Shown in pieces: positions 42,695 through 53,649 of a stretch of DNA of 64,000 nt. Position 1 is the stretch's first letter, and the number at the start of each line of letters is the position of its first letter. The notes beneath the pieces are model-generated. The model was not told where the DNA came from and searched no databases. It worked only from the letters and a program-made list of their open reading frames with translations. The stretch lies in the NCBI RefSeq assembly GCF_009914755.1, contig NC_060930.1. The stretch is one strand, 5' to 3'. A program made the translations under genes and the position numbers. This DNA is from the human T2T-CHM13v2.0 reference genome, Homo sapiens.

Positions 42695-43177
42695 TGTAAA
42701 GGAAAAGAAATATCTTTTCTCCACTCATTTCTAGGTTCATGGCTGAGACCCCTATAACAAAAGACTAGATTAGCATCAAAATTTATTTCATGTAAGTTTT
42801 ACATTACATGAGAGCCTTCAGAAATGAGGACTCAAAGAACCAGGGAAACCTGTATATGTTTATGCTTAGGCTTGCTGGAGTGTAGAGTCAGTTGTGCAGG
42901 AGTTGGATTGCACAAAAGGAATATGATTGAATGGTAGCCCGCTAGGGGAGTTTAGCAAGGCCTGCTTGTTCAGCTTCTTCTTGGAGTCCCTGTGTCTTCG
43001 AGAATAAGAATGTTCGTATCCTCTGGGGAAAGGAAGGGTGCCTCTGGAATGAAGGTTTTATGACCTGCTTCAAGGAAGAAGGGCAAAGGGATAGTGAGAC
43101 TACCTTCCTGCTTCTGCTGTTCTCTCCAGTGCCAAGCTGCCATATTTTGGGGTAGTGTGTCCTGAAACCTATTATCA
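42695..43177 (-). mobile_element. MER39-family solo LTR
   Basis: CTAGGTTCATGGCTGAGACCCCTATAACAAAAGAC...CATATTTTGGGGTAGTGTGTCCTGAA. Confidence 0.8.
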
Positions 43178-43207
43178 GATTTTTTAAAAAGTTCCTGGTG
43201 ATAATAT

Positions 43208-43909
43208 TGCTAGCGGTGGCGAATCTGTACGGGTCTGCCACTGCCTCAATTCTTGCTTCTGCGGAAGAAAGAATTTGACTGAGGGGCATAAGGCAGAAGA
43301 AGAGACTGAGGCAAGTTTTAGGCAGGAGTGAAAGTTTATTAAAAAGCTTCAGGGCAGGAATGAAAGGAAGGAAATTACAATTGGAAGAAGGCCAAGCGGG
43401 TGGCTTGAGAGATCAAGTGCACTGTTTGACCTTTGACGTGGGATTTCATATGTTGGCATGCTTTGGGGGGCCTCGTGTCCCTTCTCCCCTGATTCTTTTC
43501 TTGGGGTGGGCTGTCTGCATTCACAGTGGCCTAATAGCCTTGGGAGGGGAGCATGCTCAGTGTGTTTACTGGAGTTTACACTTGCTCACTTGAGGCGTTC
43601 TTCCCTTACCAGTCGAATGTCCCTCGAAGGTCATATACCAGTTAAACTCCACCATTTTTCCTCTTAACGTGCATGCTTGAGCCCACTTGCCCAGCTCCTG
43701 AGATCTTATCAGGAAGCTGCTGATTTCAGATGTTTCTGTTTACTGGGAGACGGGGCCTTTCCCTGGTGCTGGCTATGACCAATCATTATTTTATAGAGAC
43801 AATCAACAACCAGCTGACCATCCCCTGACGGTTGCCTGACATTCCTGGTGGTTTGGTGGGGTGGCCTCTCCTACTTTCCTCATGTCTGACTAGCTACCTA
43901 CTGTTAACA
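43208..43909 (-). mobile_element. MER50-like ERV1 solo LTR
   Basis: GAAGAAAGAATTTGACTGAGGGGCATAAGGCAG...CTACCTACTGTTAACA; TSD ATAT/ATAG. Confidence 0.85.
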
Positions 43910-43923
43910 ATAGGATGAATGTG

Positions 43924-44231
43924 TTTTTTTTTTTTTTTTTTTTTGAGACGGAGTCTCTCTCTGTCGCCCAGGCTAGAGTGCAGTGGCGCCATCTCCGCTC
44001 ACTGCAAGCTCTGCCTCCCGGGTTCACACCATTCTCCTGCCTCAGCCTTCTGAGTAGCTGGGACTACAGGCGCCCGCCACCAAGCCCAGCTAATTTTTTT
44101 TTTTTGTTATTTTTAGTAGAGAAGGGGTTTCACCGCATTAGCCAGGATGGTCTCGATCTCCTGACCTCGTCATCTACCCATTTGGGCCTCCCAAATGCTG
44201 GGATTACAGGCGTGAGCCATTGCGCCCGGCC
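43924..44231 (-). mobile_element. AluY
   Basis: Y diagnostics (CAAGCTC, CACCATTCTCC, AGCCAGGATGGTCTCGATCTCC); TSD GAATGT. Confidence 0.9.
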
Positions 44232-44237
44232 GAATGT

Positions 44238-44352
44238 TTTTCTTGATTATGTATCTTTTTCATGCTAAAATATTCATTTTTAAAAGAAATACTGTTATCA
44301 TGTAATTGACATGAATCATTTTCTTCAGGGATTTATGAAAGATGTCTATCCA
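44238..44352 (+). repeat. Direct duplication, copy B (~115 bp)
   Basis: Match to 42081-42191. Confidence 0.9.
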
Positions 44353-44647
44353 TTTGTAAGCTTTTTCTCATATTTCGTAAAGTGCTTTATTGATATGTGG
44401 GTGTAATAAATCCTTGCTCTACTGGTAACCTTTGTTCACTTTTTTCTATATTGGAAGCAAGCATGCCCTACCTGAAACAGGACTTGCTATTTCCCACTAG
44501 AGGTTTGTTTCTTAGCCATAAAGCCTTGGCTCCTCGGAGCCTTCTGTTCAATTGTGAATGAGCTCAGTGTGACTGCACTATTCATTCACTTTTCCTTTCG
44601 CAGATAGTTTTTTGAATGTTCACTATGTGCCAGGCATTGCATTAGGC

Positions 44648-45130
44648 TCATTAAAAATAATTTATTGGGAGGCCATTCGGCTGAGATGGCCTAACTTCAG
44701 CACCTTGGGTTTCTATGTAAGCAAACCGAAACCTAATGCAATGTAAATGGTAAAATGAAACTTAAACTTTACTGATCAGGAACTGCCAACTAACTCCTAA
44801 TTAGGGACTTTACTAATCAGGAACTGCCAGCTAACCTCTAATTAGGTCTTTACCAATCAGGAATCACCAACTCAGCTCTTAACTCGGGACTTCACCAATT
44901 AGGAATGGCCAACTCACCTTTAACTAGAGACTTTAAGGCTAGTATTCCACTGTAACCAGTCACACATTTCTTCGTCTTGCTTCCGAGAAGAGCCTTATTA
45001 AAGTTTTCCCCCCATGCTCCTTTGGTGAAGCTGAAAATCTCCTGTCATCTTCAGCTGCTTGATTTATGAATCACGGTTTGCCCAAATAAACTCTTTGAAA
45101 GTTTAGTGTGCCTAAGTTTATCTTTTAACA
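44648..45130 (+). mobile_element. MER57-family solo LTR with a 4 x ~41-bp internal repeat
   Basis: TTGGGAGGCCATT...GTAAGCAAACCGAAACCTAA...TTTTAACA. Confidence 0.75.
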
Positions 45131-45309
45131 AGCTGTTGGTTATTTGTAAATAAAGACAAACGCTCTGACCTCGAGTCCCTCATAAGTTAGGCACAGAGGC
45201 CAACATGTCAGCTGGTAATAGCAATACAAAGTGGTAAATTAAGCCAGTGACAGGAGTTTACACAGGGTGCGTGGAAGGGCAAAGGATTAGCAACTGTTCT
45301 AATACTGAG

Positions 45310-45684
45310 TGATATGGTTTGGTTGTGTCCCCACCCAAATCTCATCCTGAATTGTAGTTCCTATAATCCCCACGTGTCATGGGAGGGACTGGGTGGAAGG
45401 TAATTTAATCATGGGGGCAGTTACCCTCATGCTGTTCTCATGATAGTGAGTGAGTTCTCACGAGATCTGCTGATTTTATAAGGGGCTTTTCCCCCTTTTG
45501 CTCGTCACTTCTCCTTGCTGCTGCCATGTGAAGAAGGATGTGTTTGCTTCCCCTTCTGCCATGATTGTAAGTTTCCTGAGGCCTCCCCAGCCATGCTGAA
45601 CTTAGTCAATTAAACCTCTTTCCTTTATAAATTACCCAGTCTCAGGTTTGTCTTTATTAGCAGCATGAGAATAGACTAATTACA
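45310..45684 (+). mobile_element. THE1C/D solo LTR
   Basis: TGATATGGTTTGG...GACTAATTACA; perfect TSD CTGAG. Confidence 0.92.
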
Positions 45685-46264
45685 CTGAGGGAATGTACAC
45701 AGAAGCCTTCTTAGAGATGATACCTGTCTGAAAAATGAAACCGTTAGATAAGAGAGCAAGGCTAGGACTGGGCAGGAAGAGTAAACTCTTTGGCCTTGAT
45801 GAATGTACCATGTTAGTGTGGGGACAAGGTTGTGGGATGAGGGCACGAGGAATGATGATAGTAGAAGGAAGATAGTGTAGAGACAAATTTTGCAAAGTCC
45901 ATAAATTGCCAAAGACATGATCTAAATAGATTAAACAGAACAGTAGATGATATGTATTCTTTCTGGGTAGGAGTGGGGGTGCTAAAGGGAAGGAGAAAAA
46001 GAGTGAGTACAAACCCTCAGAGATTCCTTCTCTCTTCTGAATAGTTACAGCAGAAGTCTATTTTCACTTTTAGTGGGCTGGTCAGCATCTGGATGAGTAG
46101 TATTTGTAGATTTCCAGGCTTCTGTGGTTTGGAGGTTTATGATAAGGATTTTACTGTTGGATGGGAATCAGAGTTCCTGCAAACTGATCCTGATCCTTGA
46201 CTCAGTCGGGCCACCTGGCTATGGCAGTATGTTGCAGACAAATGGCTGTAGTCACATGGCTCGG

Positions 46265-47297
46265 CAGTAAAGGTATGTTGAAAGGTAGTTCTCCAGAGAG
46301 AAAGGTAGATCTCTCTCATTTCTTACATCTTGTGAGCAGAACTAACAGACCCCTTGTTCTTTTCAAAGATGTTTGTATAGTAAATAGTCTTGGAAAACAG
46401 AGGTAAGATCTCTCTCCACAACAGAGGGCAGGTTTGTTTGCTGTCCAGTATAATAATATCTCTCTCTAGGGCAAAGAGAGAGATATATTATTTTCTTTAA
46501 TGAGCGGGTTTGTTTGTAGCCCATTAAAGAAAAATAAAGTTTTCCTAAATTTGGGATTCCTTGGCTATTGTAACCAAATTCATGTTCAGCTGCTCACTGC
46601 TTGAAAAGCCAGACATGAGAAGTGAGGATTAGTGGGAGGAAAGCAGGTTTCTTCAAGTGCTAGAAGCTTGAGGAAACAGCCTGACTCAACTCTCAAAAAA
46701 CCATCTCAAATTCTCAGTTTGGCTAAAGAGGTTTAAAGGGGAAAGGTGGCATGGAAACTATGCACCAGCATGGTGCGGGGTGCAAGTTTGCTTGTAATTT
46801 TCTGGTGACTTTTTTCAGTAATGGACCACCCAGAGGCCTCACTGGCATCATCTCAGCAGGGTTCAGGTTATGGATTAATTGAACACCAATTTTTTCTCAG
46901 AAGGGAGAAAATTGCAACTGCTATCTCCACTTTATGCCTACATTATTTCAATATTGGCCACTGGAATTCTCTAGCAAACAGTTACATGTAACAAGGAACA
47001 AAGGGAGGGAGGGGTTACTTTTAGAGTAAGCTAGCAAACTGGCTATACTAGTTACAATATGATGCAAACCTCCTTCATGTATCGACCCAGCCCACCTTCA
47101 TTACTCCAGTGAGACTTAGCAGAACAAGGGGTTGATGTGAATATGAAAACACATGCTACCCGTTGTGTTGGAAGTAAGAAAGTCCTTTGAGTCTAATCCA
47201 GAGTCTTGTGGCTTTTGCAATTATCCATGAAATTGTGGCAGGATAAATTGTTAGCTTGCTTTTTGGTAAATAGCTTAGGTCTTCACAGCTCTTGACA
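46265..47297 (+). mobile_element. ERVL-type LTR (LTR41/MER77-like) split by a nested LTR
   Basis: AGAGGGCAGGTTTGTTTGCTGTCCAGTATAATAA...CTTCACAGCTCTTGACA. Confidence 0.55.
46569..47056 (-). mobile_element. MER67/MER31-like ERV1 solo LTR
   Basis: TGTAACC...GTTCAGCTGCTCACTGCTTGAAAAGCC...GTTACA; TSD CTAT/ATAT. Confidence 0.7.
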
Positions 47298-47589
47298 GGC
47301 AGGACACTGGTGCAAGACTCCAAACTGCAGCAGGATCATGATAAGGGTGTCTTTGAACAACACACTTGGAGTTAGGCATTATCCAGGTAGAACAGAGCTA
47401 ATAGTTTCTGCTTGATCCATATTGATTATGAATTTGACAAGTTTCTATCACACAGATCACTCAGGAAATCAGTGTTAATGGAAATGATTACACAGGGGAC
47501 TATAATTTTATTTACAGTATGTGAAAGTTGAAAAACATAGGGACATAAATACAATGTCTAATTAAATTCTGTTTTAATTCCTTTTGGAC

Positions 47590-48096
47590 TGCCGGGACCA
47601 GTTCGGTCGGGGAGACCCTAACCTAGTGGCGCTAGAGGAATTAAAGACACATACACAGAAATATAGAGGTGTGAAGTGGGAAATCAGGGGTCTCACAGCC
47701 TTCAGAACTGAGAGCCCCGAACAGAGATTTACCCAGTGTTTATTAATAGCAAGCCAGTCATTAGCATTGTTTTTATAGATATTAGATTAACTAAAAGTAT
47801 CCCTTATGGGAAACGAAGGGATGGGCCAAAATAAAGGGTTGGGTTTGGCTAGTTATCTGCAGCAGGAGCATGTCCTTAAGGATCGCTCATAATATTGTTT
47901 GTGGATTAAGAATGCCTTTAAGCAATTTTCTGCCCTGGGTGGGCCAGGTGTTCCTTGCCCTCATTCTGGTAAACCCACAACCTTCCAGCATGGGCGTTAT
48001 GGCCATCATGAACATGTCACAGTGCTGCAGAGATTTTGTTTATGGGCAATTTTGGGGCCAGTTTATGGCCAGGTTTTGGGGGGCCTGTTCCCAACA
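47590..48096 (-). mobile_element. MER9 (HERV-K HML-3) solo LTR
   Basis: Reverse complement of TGTTGGGAACAGGCCCCCCAAAA; perfect 6-bp TSD TTGGAC. Confidence 0.92.
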
Positions 48097-48429
48097 TTGG
48101 ACCACTTTTCATCCACTTCCATCCAAAGTCTGGATGATGGAACAAATAAATAAGGTGATCATTAATGTATATATGGATTTTCCATTTTATTTTTCATATT
48201 ACAAAGTGATATGATAGACTGAATTGAGCCTGAGCTTGAGATTTATTGAAAGCAGATTTTCCTTTATCATCAGCTGTCATTTTAAATATACTAAGGAGAA
48301 TATGCAACACTGGGATTTATGAGACGTGGCTTGAGTTGCTACACTTTGCCTTGGTGGAAATTCCAGTCTTGTGAGAGATACTGGAATGAAATACATCTTA
48401 GTTAGTTTACTGGAGGAACACCATAACAT

Positions 48430-48720
48430 TTGGGTTAAGAGCACAGATAATGAAGATACACTGCCCATGTTTGAATTCTGGCTTTATGTCTACAGCCATA
48501 CCACCCTGAATGTGCCTGATCTCATCTGAATTCTGTCTTTATCATTTACTAGCTGTGTGATCCGAAGTAAGTTACTTAACCTTTCTAAGCCTCAGTGTTC
48601 TCTTTTGTAACATGGGGATAATAGGACTTACCTGATAGGGTTTTTGTGAGAATTAAATGAATGTATACACATGTATAGTTGTGCTTATAATGGTATCTGG
48701 CACATATATGTACTGTAAGT
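48430..48720 (+). mobile_element. MIR containing the 5S insertion
   Basis: GGTTAAGAGCACAG...TTACTAGCTGTGTGA...CTAAGCCTCAGT. Confidence 0.85.
48488..48529 (+). pseudogene. Tailless 5S rRNA retropseudogene (nt 1-42)
   Basis: GTCTACAGCCATACCACCCTGAATGTGCCTGATCTCATCTGA versus 5S GTCTACGGCCATACCACCCTGAACGCGCCCGATCTCGTCTGA; all 5 differences at CpGs; 16-bp TSD. Confidence 0.92.
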
Positions 48721-49130
48721 TTTTGGTATTATTATACATATATGTACATTATTGGTACATATACTAAGACCAGTATTTCATATCATAAAACTGAGAATAA
48801 TATCTGAAATAACTATTATTTGAATTTTTCCCTCCCCTCTAAAAAAATGTTAACTTGCTTACAAATAATTACCTGTGTGGAAATGTCTGCAAATAGTCAT
48901 TACTCTAATTAGTTCATGGAGGATATGTTGGGCCAAATAGATACAGCAATACTTAATTTTCCTTTACAGAGTTAATGGTTTTTAACCCTAACAATTTATC
49001 ATTCAAAACATCTGAGTGCCTACTATGTGCAAAGTTACATATTGGCCATCTTTTAGCTCAAAAAGATTGTTCCCTACTAATTCTGAGACTAGTAAAAGTC
49101 TTCTGTAAAACTCTTTGATAGTCATGAGGG

Positions 49131-49740
49131 TATTGGGGCTGACAATATGATACCCCAAAGTAAGGCACCTTGGCATGCTGAGTACTTTGAACTAAAGGAG
49201 ATTGAAAGACTGAGAGGCACGGTCCTTCTGCTCCTCTCCCGTCCTCCTATCTGTTGCCCCTCTTTCTACCACAAAGCGAGTCATAGAAACCAGAATTCCT
49301 CTTTCCCAAGGTGGGTCACAGAAACTAGAACCTCTTTCTTCCAAAGCAAGTCATAAAACATATAAAGGTCACTCTCTCCCTTCTCCCTTGAAAATTCTCA
49401 TTCCAGATGGGTCCTGCCCCATATCCAGGAGGAAAGAAGGCTACACAGGGAGGCCAAAAAGAATCTGATCAGTCAGACCTCACTGGGTTCTGCCCTCAGT
49501 CTATTACCCTTTGGTCCAATCACACTTCTACACGGCTACCCATTCTTCATTGATCCTAAGCATAAAAATAGATGGTTTTCCCAGGGTCTTTAGGTCTTCA
49601 TCTCTGAAGTTTCCCATGTCACATAAAACTTTGATTAAATAAATTTGTTACGCTTTTCTCTTGCTAACCAGTCAGTCTTTTGTTATAGAAATGTCAGCTG
49701 TGCTGGATGAGGAAAGGTGTCACATCTTTCTGCCCTTACA
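49131..49740 (+). mobile_element. MER39/MER34-group solo LTR
   Basis: ATACCCCAAAGTAAGGCACCTTGGCATGCTGAGTACTTTGAAC...CCCTTACA. Confidence 0.75.
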
Positions 49741-49762
49741 AGTGCATAAAGAGGTCTGTTGC

Positions 49763-50393
49763 TTACAAAATGTCTGGCGCATAATAAACATTCAAAAAAA
49801 CAATGTGTCATTAGCACTGTCAGGCCCGGCCTATTGTGGAGCGTCTGTAAATGCAGGTGGTGCTAAGTCTGATCACAAAATAACTGAAATCACAGATTAC
49901 CAATGATTGGTAGTTGGGTTGGGTTAGTAGTTTAAGAAATTATTCCATACTTCATGGGTACAGACCTTTTGTCCTGTGACCCTTGCATTTTAGACTACCT
50001 GTCTTTATGTATTTTAGCTTTATCTTTGGCGGGTAGATGAAAAGTCAGCATGTTCTTATTTATTTTTAAAATTTGAGGAACTCCGTGATCAGAAACCGTC
50101 GTGTGTGTGTGTGTGTGTGTTTCCATTTTATAGCCTAACTTCCTCTTGGGTCTCATATAGCTTAGTCTATTTTCTAACATGAACTTCCTTCCTTTCTGCA
50201 TAACAGTGTCTGAATTTGCAGGACTCTGTACCCAATAAGTGTTGTTAACTGATTGGTAATCTGTGATTTCAGTTATTTTGTGATCAGACTTAGCACCACC
50301 TGCATTTACAGATGCTCCACAATAGGCCTGACCTGAGAGTGCTAATGACACATGGTTTTTTTAATTGTTTATTATGTGCCAGACATTTTGTAA
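49763..50393. repeat. Inverted repeat: arms 49763-49904 and 50252-50393, 347-bp spacer
   Basis: 134/142 identity by manual count; the near-identical peptide appears in opposite-strand ORFs 49661+ and 49995-. Confidence 0.97.
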
Positions 50394-51649
50394 ATAAAAT
50401 CTCATTTAATAACGTTAAACTGTACTTAAAGCATCTAGTTATTTAGAAGTCACATAGCTGTAAAAACAGCCCACTTGTCAAATCCAATAATTATGAGTAT
50501 TACTTATCATATTTTATGCTGCGTTAGGTCTAAAGGCATATATAGATATTGCTTATCCTAATATTTTTTCCAAGGCAAAGTGTAGCTACTTAGGTCAAAC
50601 TGTAAAGTCTAATTATGTTGACACATAGAGCAAGGATTAAGGCATTAAATATTTGGGATTTCTATTCATATTTTAAAAGTCACAGAAAATTACATTTCTT
50701 GACCCTTTTTTTTCCACATTTTAATTATGCCAAAAATGATTTTAACTAAACATTTTTCCTTATCAGAAAAAAAACCTGGCTTAAAAACAGTGTCTTCTCT
50801 CTATCTCTGGCAATATCAATATTGATATATAAAAAGGACAGTATATACAGGTAACTTTCCTAAGCCTCCCAAGACCCCTTTCATAATCCAGGCTATGTGC
50901 TTACTCCATAATGTTGTACAGTCCTGGTGGGGTCTGCTTCGCTGTTTCCAAACTGTGAGGAGCTTTGAAAACCATCCAGTCCCATTTCTTGGTTTTACAG
51001 ATGGTGAAATGAAGGCCCAGAGAGATAAAATTAACCTAAGCAAAGTCATTGAAGAATAGGAAAGAGTAGTGTAAAATCACACTGCTAGAAAAAAAATCTT
51101 CCTTCATAATTAATTTTGAAAATTCCATGTCTAATCTGGAACTAAATATTCCCTGTAAAAGAAAATTCCTTGAATACCATGGATAATGCATTCTAATATC
51201 TAACAACCTTTTTAGTCAGAAGTGTCATTCTTGAGTGTAATAACCTCTTTTCATGCAAATTAAGCTTATTTCCACTTGTTAGATGCTTAACAGAGATGGA
51301 TGATAGTCACTTTAGTAATTATAATCACACAAATGTGCATTAAAATATTTGTCAGTGTTAACTTATGCTCCATTATTTTCTTTGTACTTGCTAAAGAATT
51401 CAACATTTAAAATTTTCTAACATGTCTTTGCTTCCCATCCCCAGTTACTGAGACAGAAATCTCAATATCATGATTTGCTCCTCTATATTTTTCACTTTTA
51501 CCTCTAATAAATTACTAAGGCCTGTTTGGTTTTGTTCCTTTGGTAGCCCTCAAATCTCCCAACCTTAATGTCACAATTTAATTTATACCACAGTCATTTA
51601 TCACATTTCTCACATTATCACATTTCACTTGTGATAATTGCTGATTGAT

Positions 51650-52112
51650 TAGTCAGCAATTATTGTGACAACAGCCAATTCTAAAATCTTGGTTGTTTAA
51701 CGAACAAACAAACATTTATTTCTTGTTTGTGTTACATGAAGACAGCAGGTTAACCGCAGGTTTGACTGGGAGGGGTGGGGCTTGCCTGAGTCTAGCCGGG
51801 CTTGCCTGACTTTGGCTCGGCTCCACATCTTATGTCATTCCAGGGCTCAGGCTGAGGCAGCAGTTCCTGTTTGAGGTTAACTAGTCTCATGGCCAAGGGA
51901 AGAAGCTCAGGAAGGACAGAGCCACATCACATACACTTAAAACTTCTGCTCGGAGGTGGCATATGTTAAGTCCACTAGGATTCTGTTGGCCAGAGTGAGT
52001 CCTGTGGCCAAGCTCATAGTTGTTAGGATAGGGCAGTATACTATACCCACAGGAGAGTGTGCTCAGAGTCAGGAGGGAGCCAACAATTGCGAACAAGTAA
52101 TGGAGTCTATCA
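51650..52112 (-). mobile_element. Ancient MLT1-type LTR
   Basis: AACATTTATTTCTTG...CTGTTGGCCAGAGTGAGTCCTGTGGCCAAGC. Confidence 0.6.
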
Positions 52113-52134
52113 CAGTTGGTAGCCTGCCTACAGT

Positions 52135-52680
52135 TGTGTTTCTCTCCAATTCAGCCTCCATACTAACTCACAAACAGGTCAGGTGATACTTAGCAGCCTT
52201 AGAATTAAATCCAATCTCCTAACCATGGCTTCAAAGCTCATGTTAGTCTGGCTCCTTTATACCTACTGCTACTTTCATCCCTCTCCATTCCCCATCTGAA
52301 ACCCTACCCTCTAGGCACAGGAAACCTGTATTAGTTCCCCAGAATAAGCCATAAGTCATATTTCTCTATTGTTAGGGTCTCTGCTCATTTTCTTTCCCCT
52401 CTCAGGAACACTCCTACCCACATTTCACCTGGCTCACTTCTGCTGGTCCATCAACGCTTTCCTGACTCTTCACACAGAGTTCAGAACTCATTTTATGTTT
52501 TCCCAGAGTATCCTCCGCCCCTCTATCAATACTTACCCCACTGAATTGTAATTGGCTGATTACGTATTTACATCTCTCACTACACTGAAAACTCCCTGGG
52601 ATGGACACAATTTCTACTGTATTGCACCCCAGTCCTTGGCACAATAACTTATTTAGCAATTGTTTGTTAAATTCATGAGA
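52135..52680 (+). mobile_element. L2 3' region
   Basis: AAATCCAATCTCCTAACCATGGC...CTTGGCACA...TGTTTGTTAAAT. Confidence 0.7.
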
Positions 52681-53649
52681 AAATAATTTTTTTCTGCATC
52701 GTGTTATTACTGTATATGTAAAGTCAACCTGATTATAGTACTTTCTCAAAAACTTTCAAATCATTTTCTCATGCAATGAGAAAATTGCATTTAGGGATTT
52801 TGCATTTTATTTTTATGTGAATAGATCTCATATATATGTCATAGCTCTACTTTGCTAGTTTGGCCACTTTGGGGGAATATGTAACTACAAACAACGTTAG
52901 ATTTCAGACTCTTCATCTGCAGTACAAGAACAATGCATGTTGGAATAATTTTGAAAATGAAGTAATATTGCATACACTAGGTACACTAAATCCAAACATG
53001 TAATAAAGTGCCTAAAGTTTTTTTTTAATTTTCATTATTTTTTTCATTTCTGATCATTGTGAATTGACTTTTACTTTTTTTCTCTCTACCACGCCCCACG
53101 GAAAAAAAAGTTGCTAATTAATACATTTTCTACTAGTTGAAACAGGGAGGAAATATTAGTTCAAATTGTCTAAGTTTATCCAGTTAGATGGTAGCAAGCT
53201 AGGATTAAAACTAGCCTTTCAATTTTCTATTCAGTGTAGTATCCACTTTTCTCTGTCTCTTTTTTTTTGCGTGCATAGATATCACTCAGTTTTCTTTCAA
53301 GGAAATGTCTAAATTTACTATTTGTAAAACAAAAGCATATTATTAAACTTTTTTTTTTGGTGCAGGAAGAAGAGACACAAAGACTTTCTTTGCAAGGCAG
53401 GATTTTTTCTTATATTTGATTATGCAAACTTTTGGGGCCTGAATTGTCACATAAACATTCAATTTCCTCATTCATTCATTCATTCATTTATTCATTGATT
53501 AGGCCTTTATTAAGAGCTGGGGTGAAAGAAGATTTAGGAACCTCTTCAGAGAAATAAACCTTGAGAGAGAAATAGAATCTTCTAGAAGAGAAGAGGAACG
53601 AATAGCATCCTTGGCCCAGACAGTCCTGGAAAACAATAACCTGAACATT

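Noticed and set aside
44767-44934. CRISPR-like repeat array
   Set aside because: Tandem degenerate units with no unique spacers, inside a primate LTR.
48488-48529. Functional 5S rRNA gene
   Set aside because: Only 42 nt, lacks the internal promoter, and is CpG-decayed.
49661-50351. Two opposite-strand ORFs sharing AYCGASVNAGGAKSDHKITEITDYQ
   Set aside because: Explained by the DNA inverted repeat. One starts inside an LTR, the other runs through (CA)n, and neither resembles a known protein.
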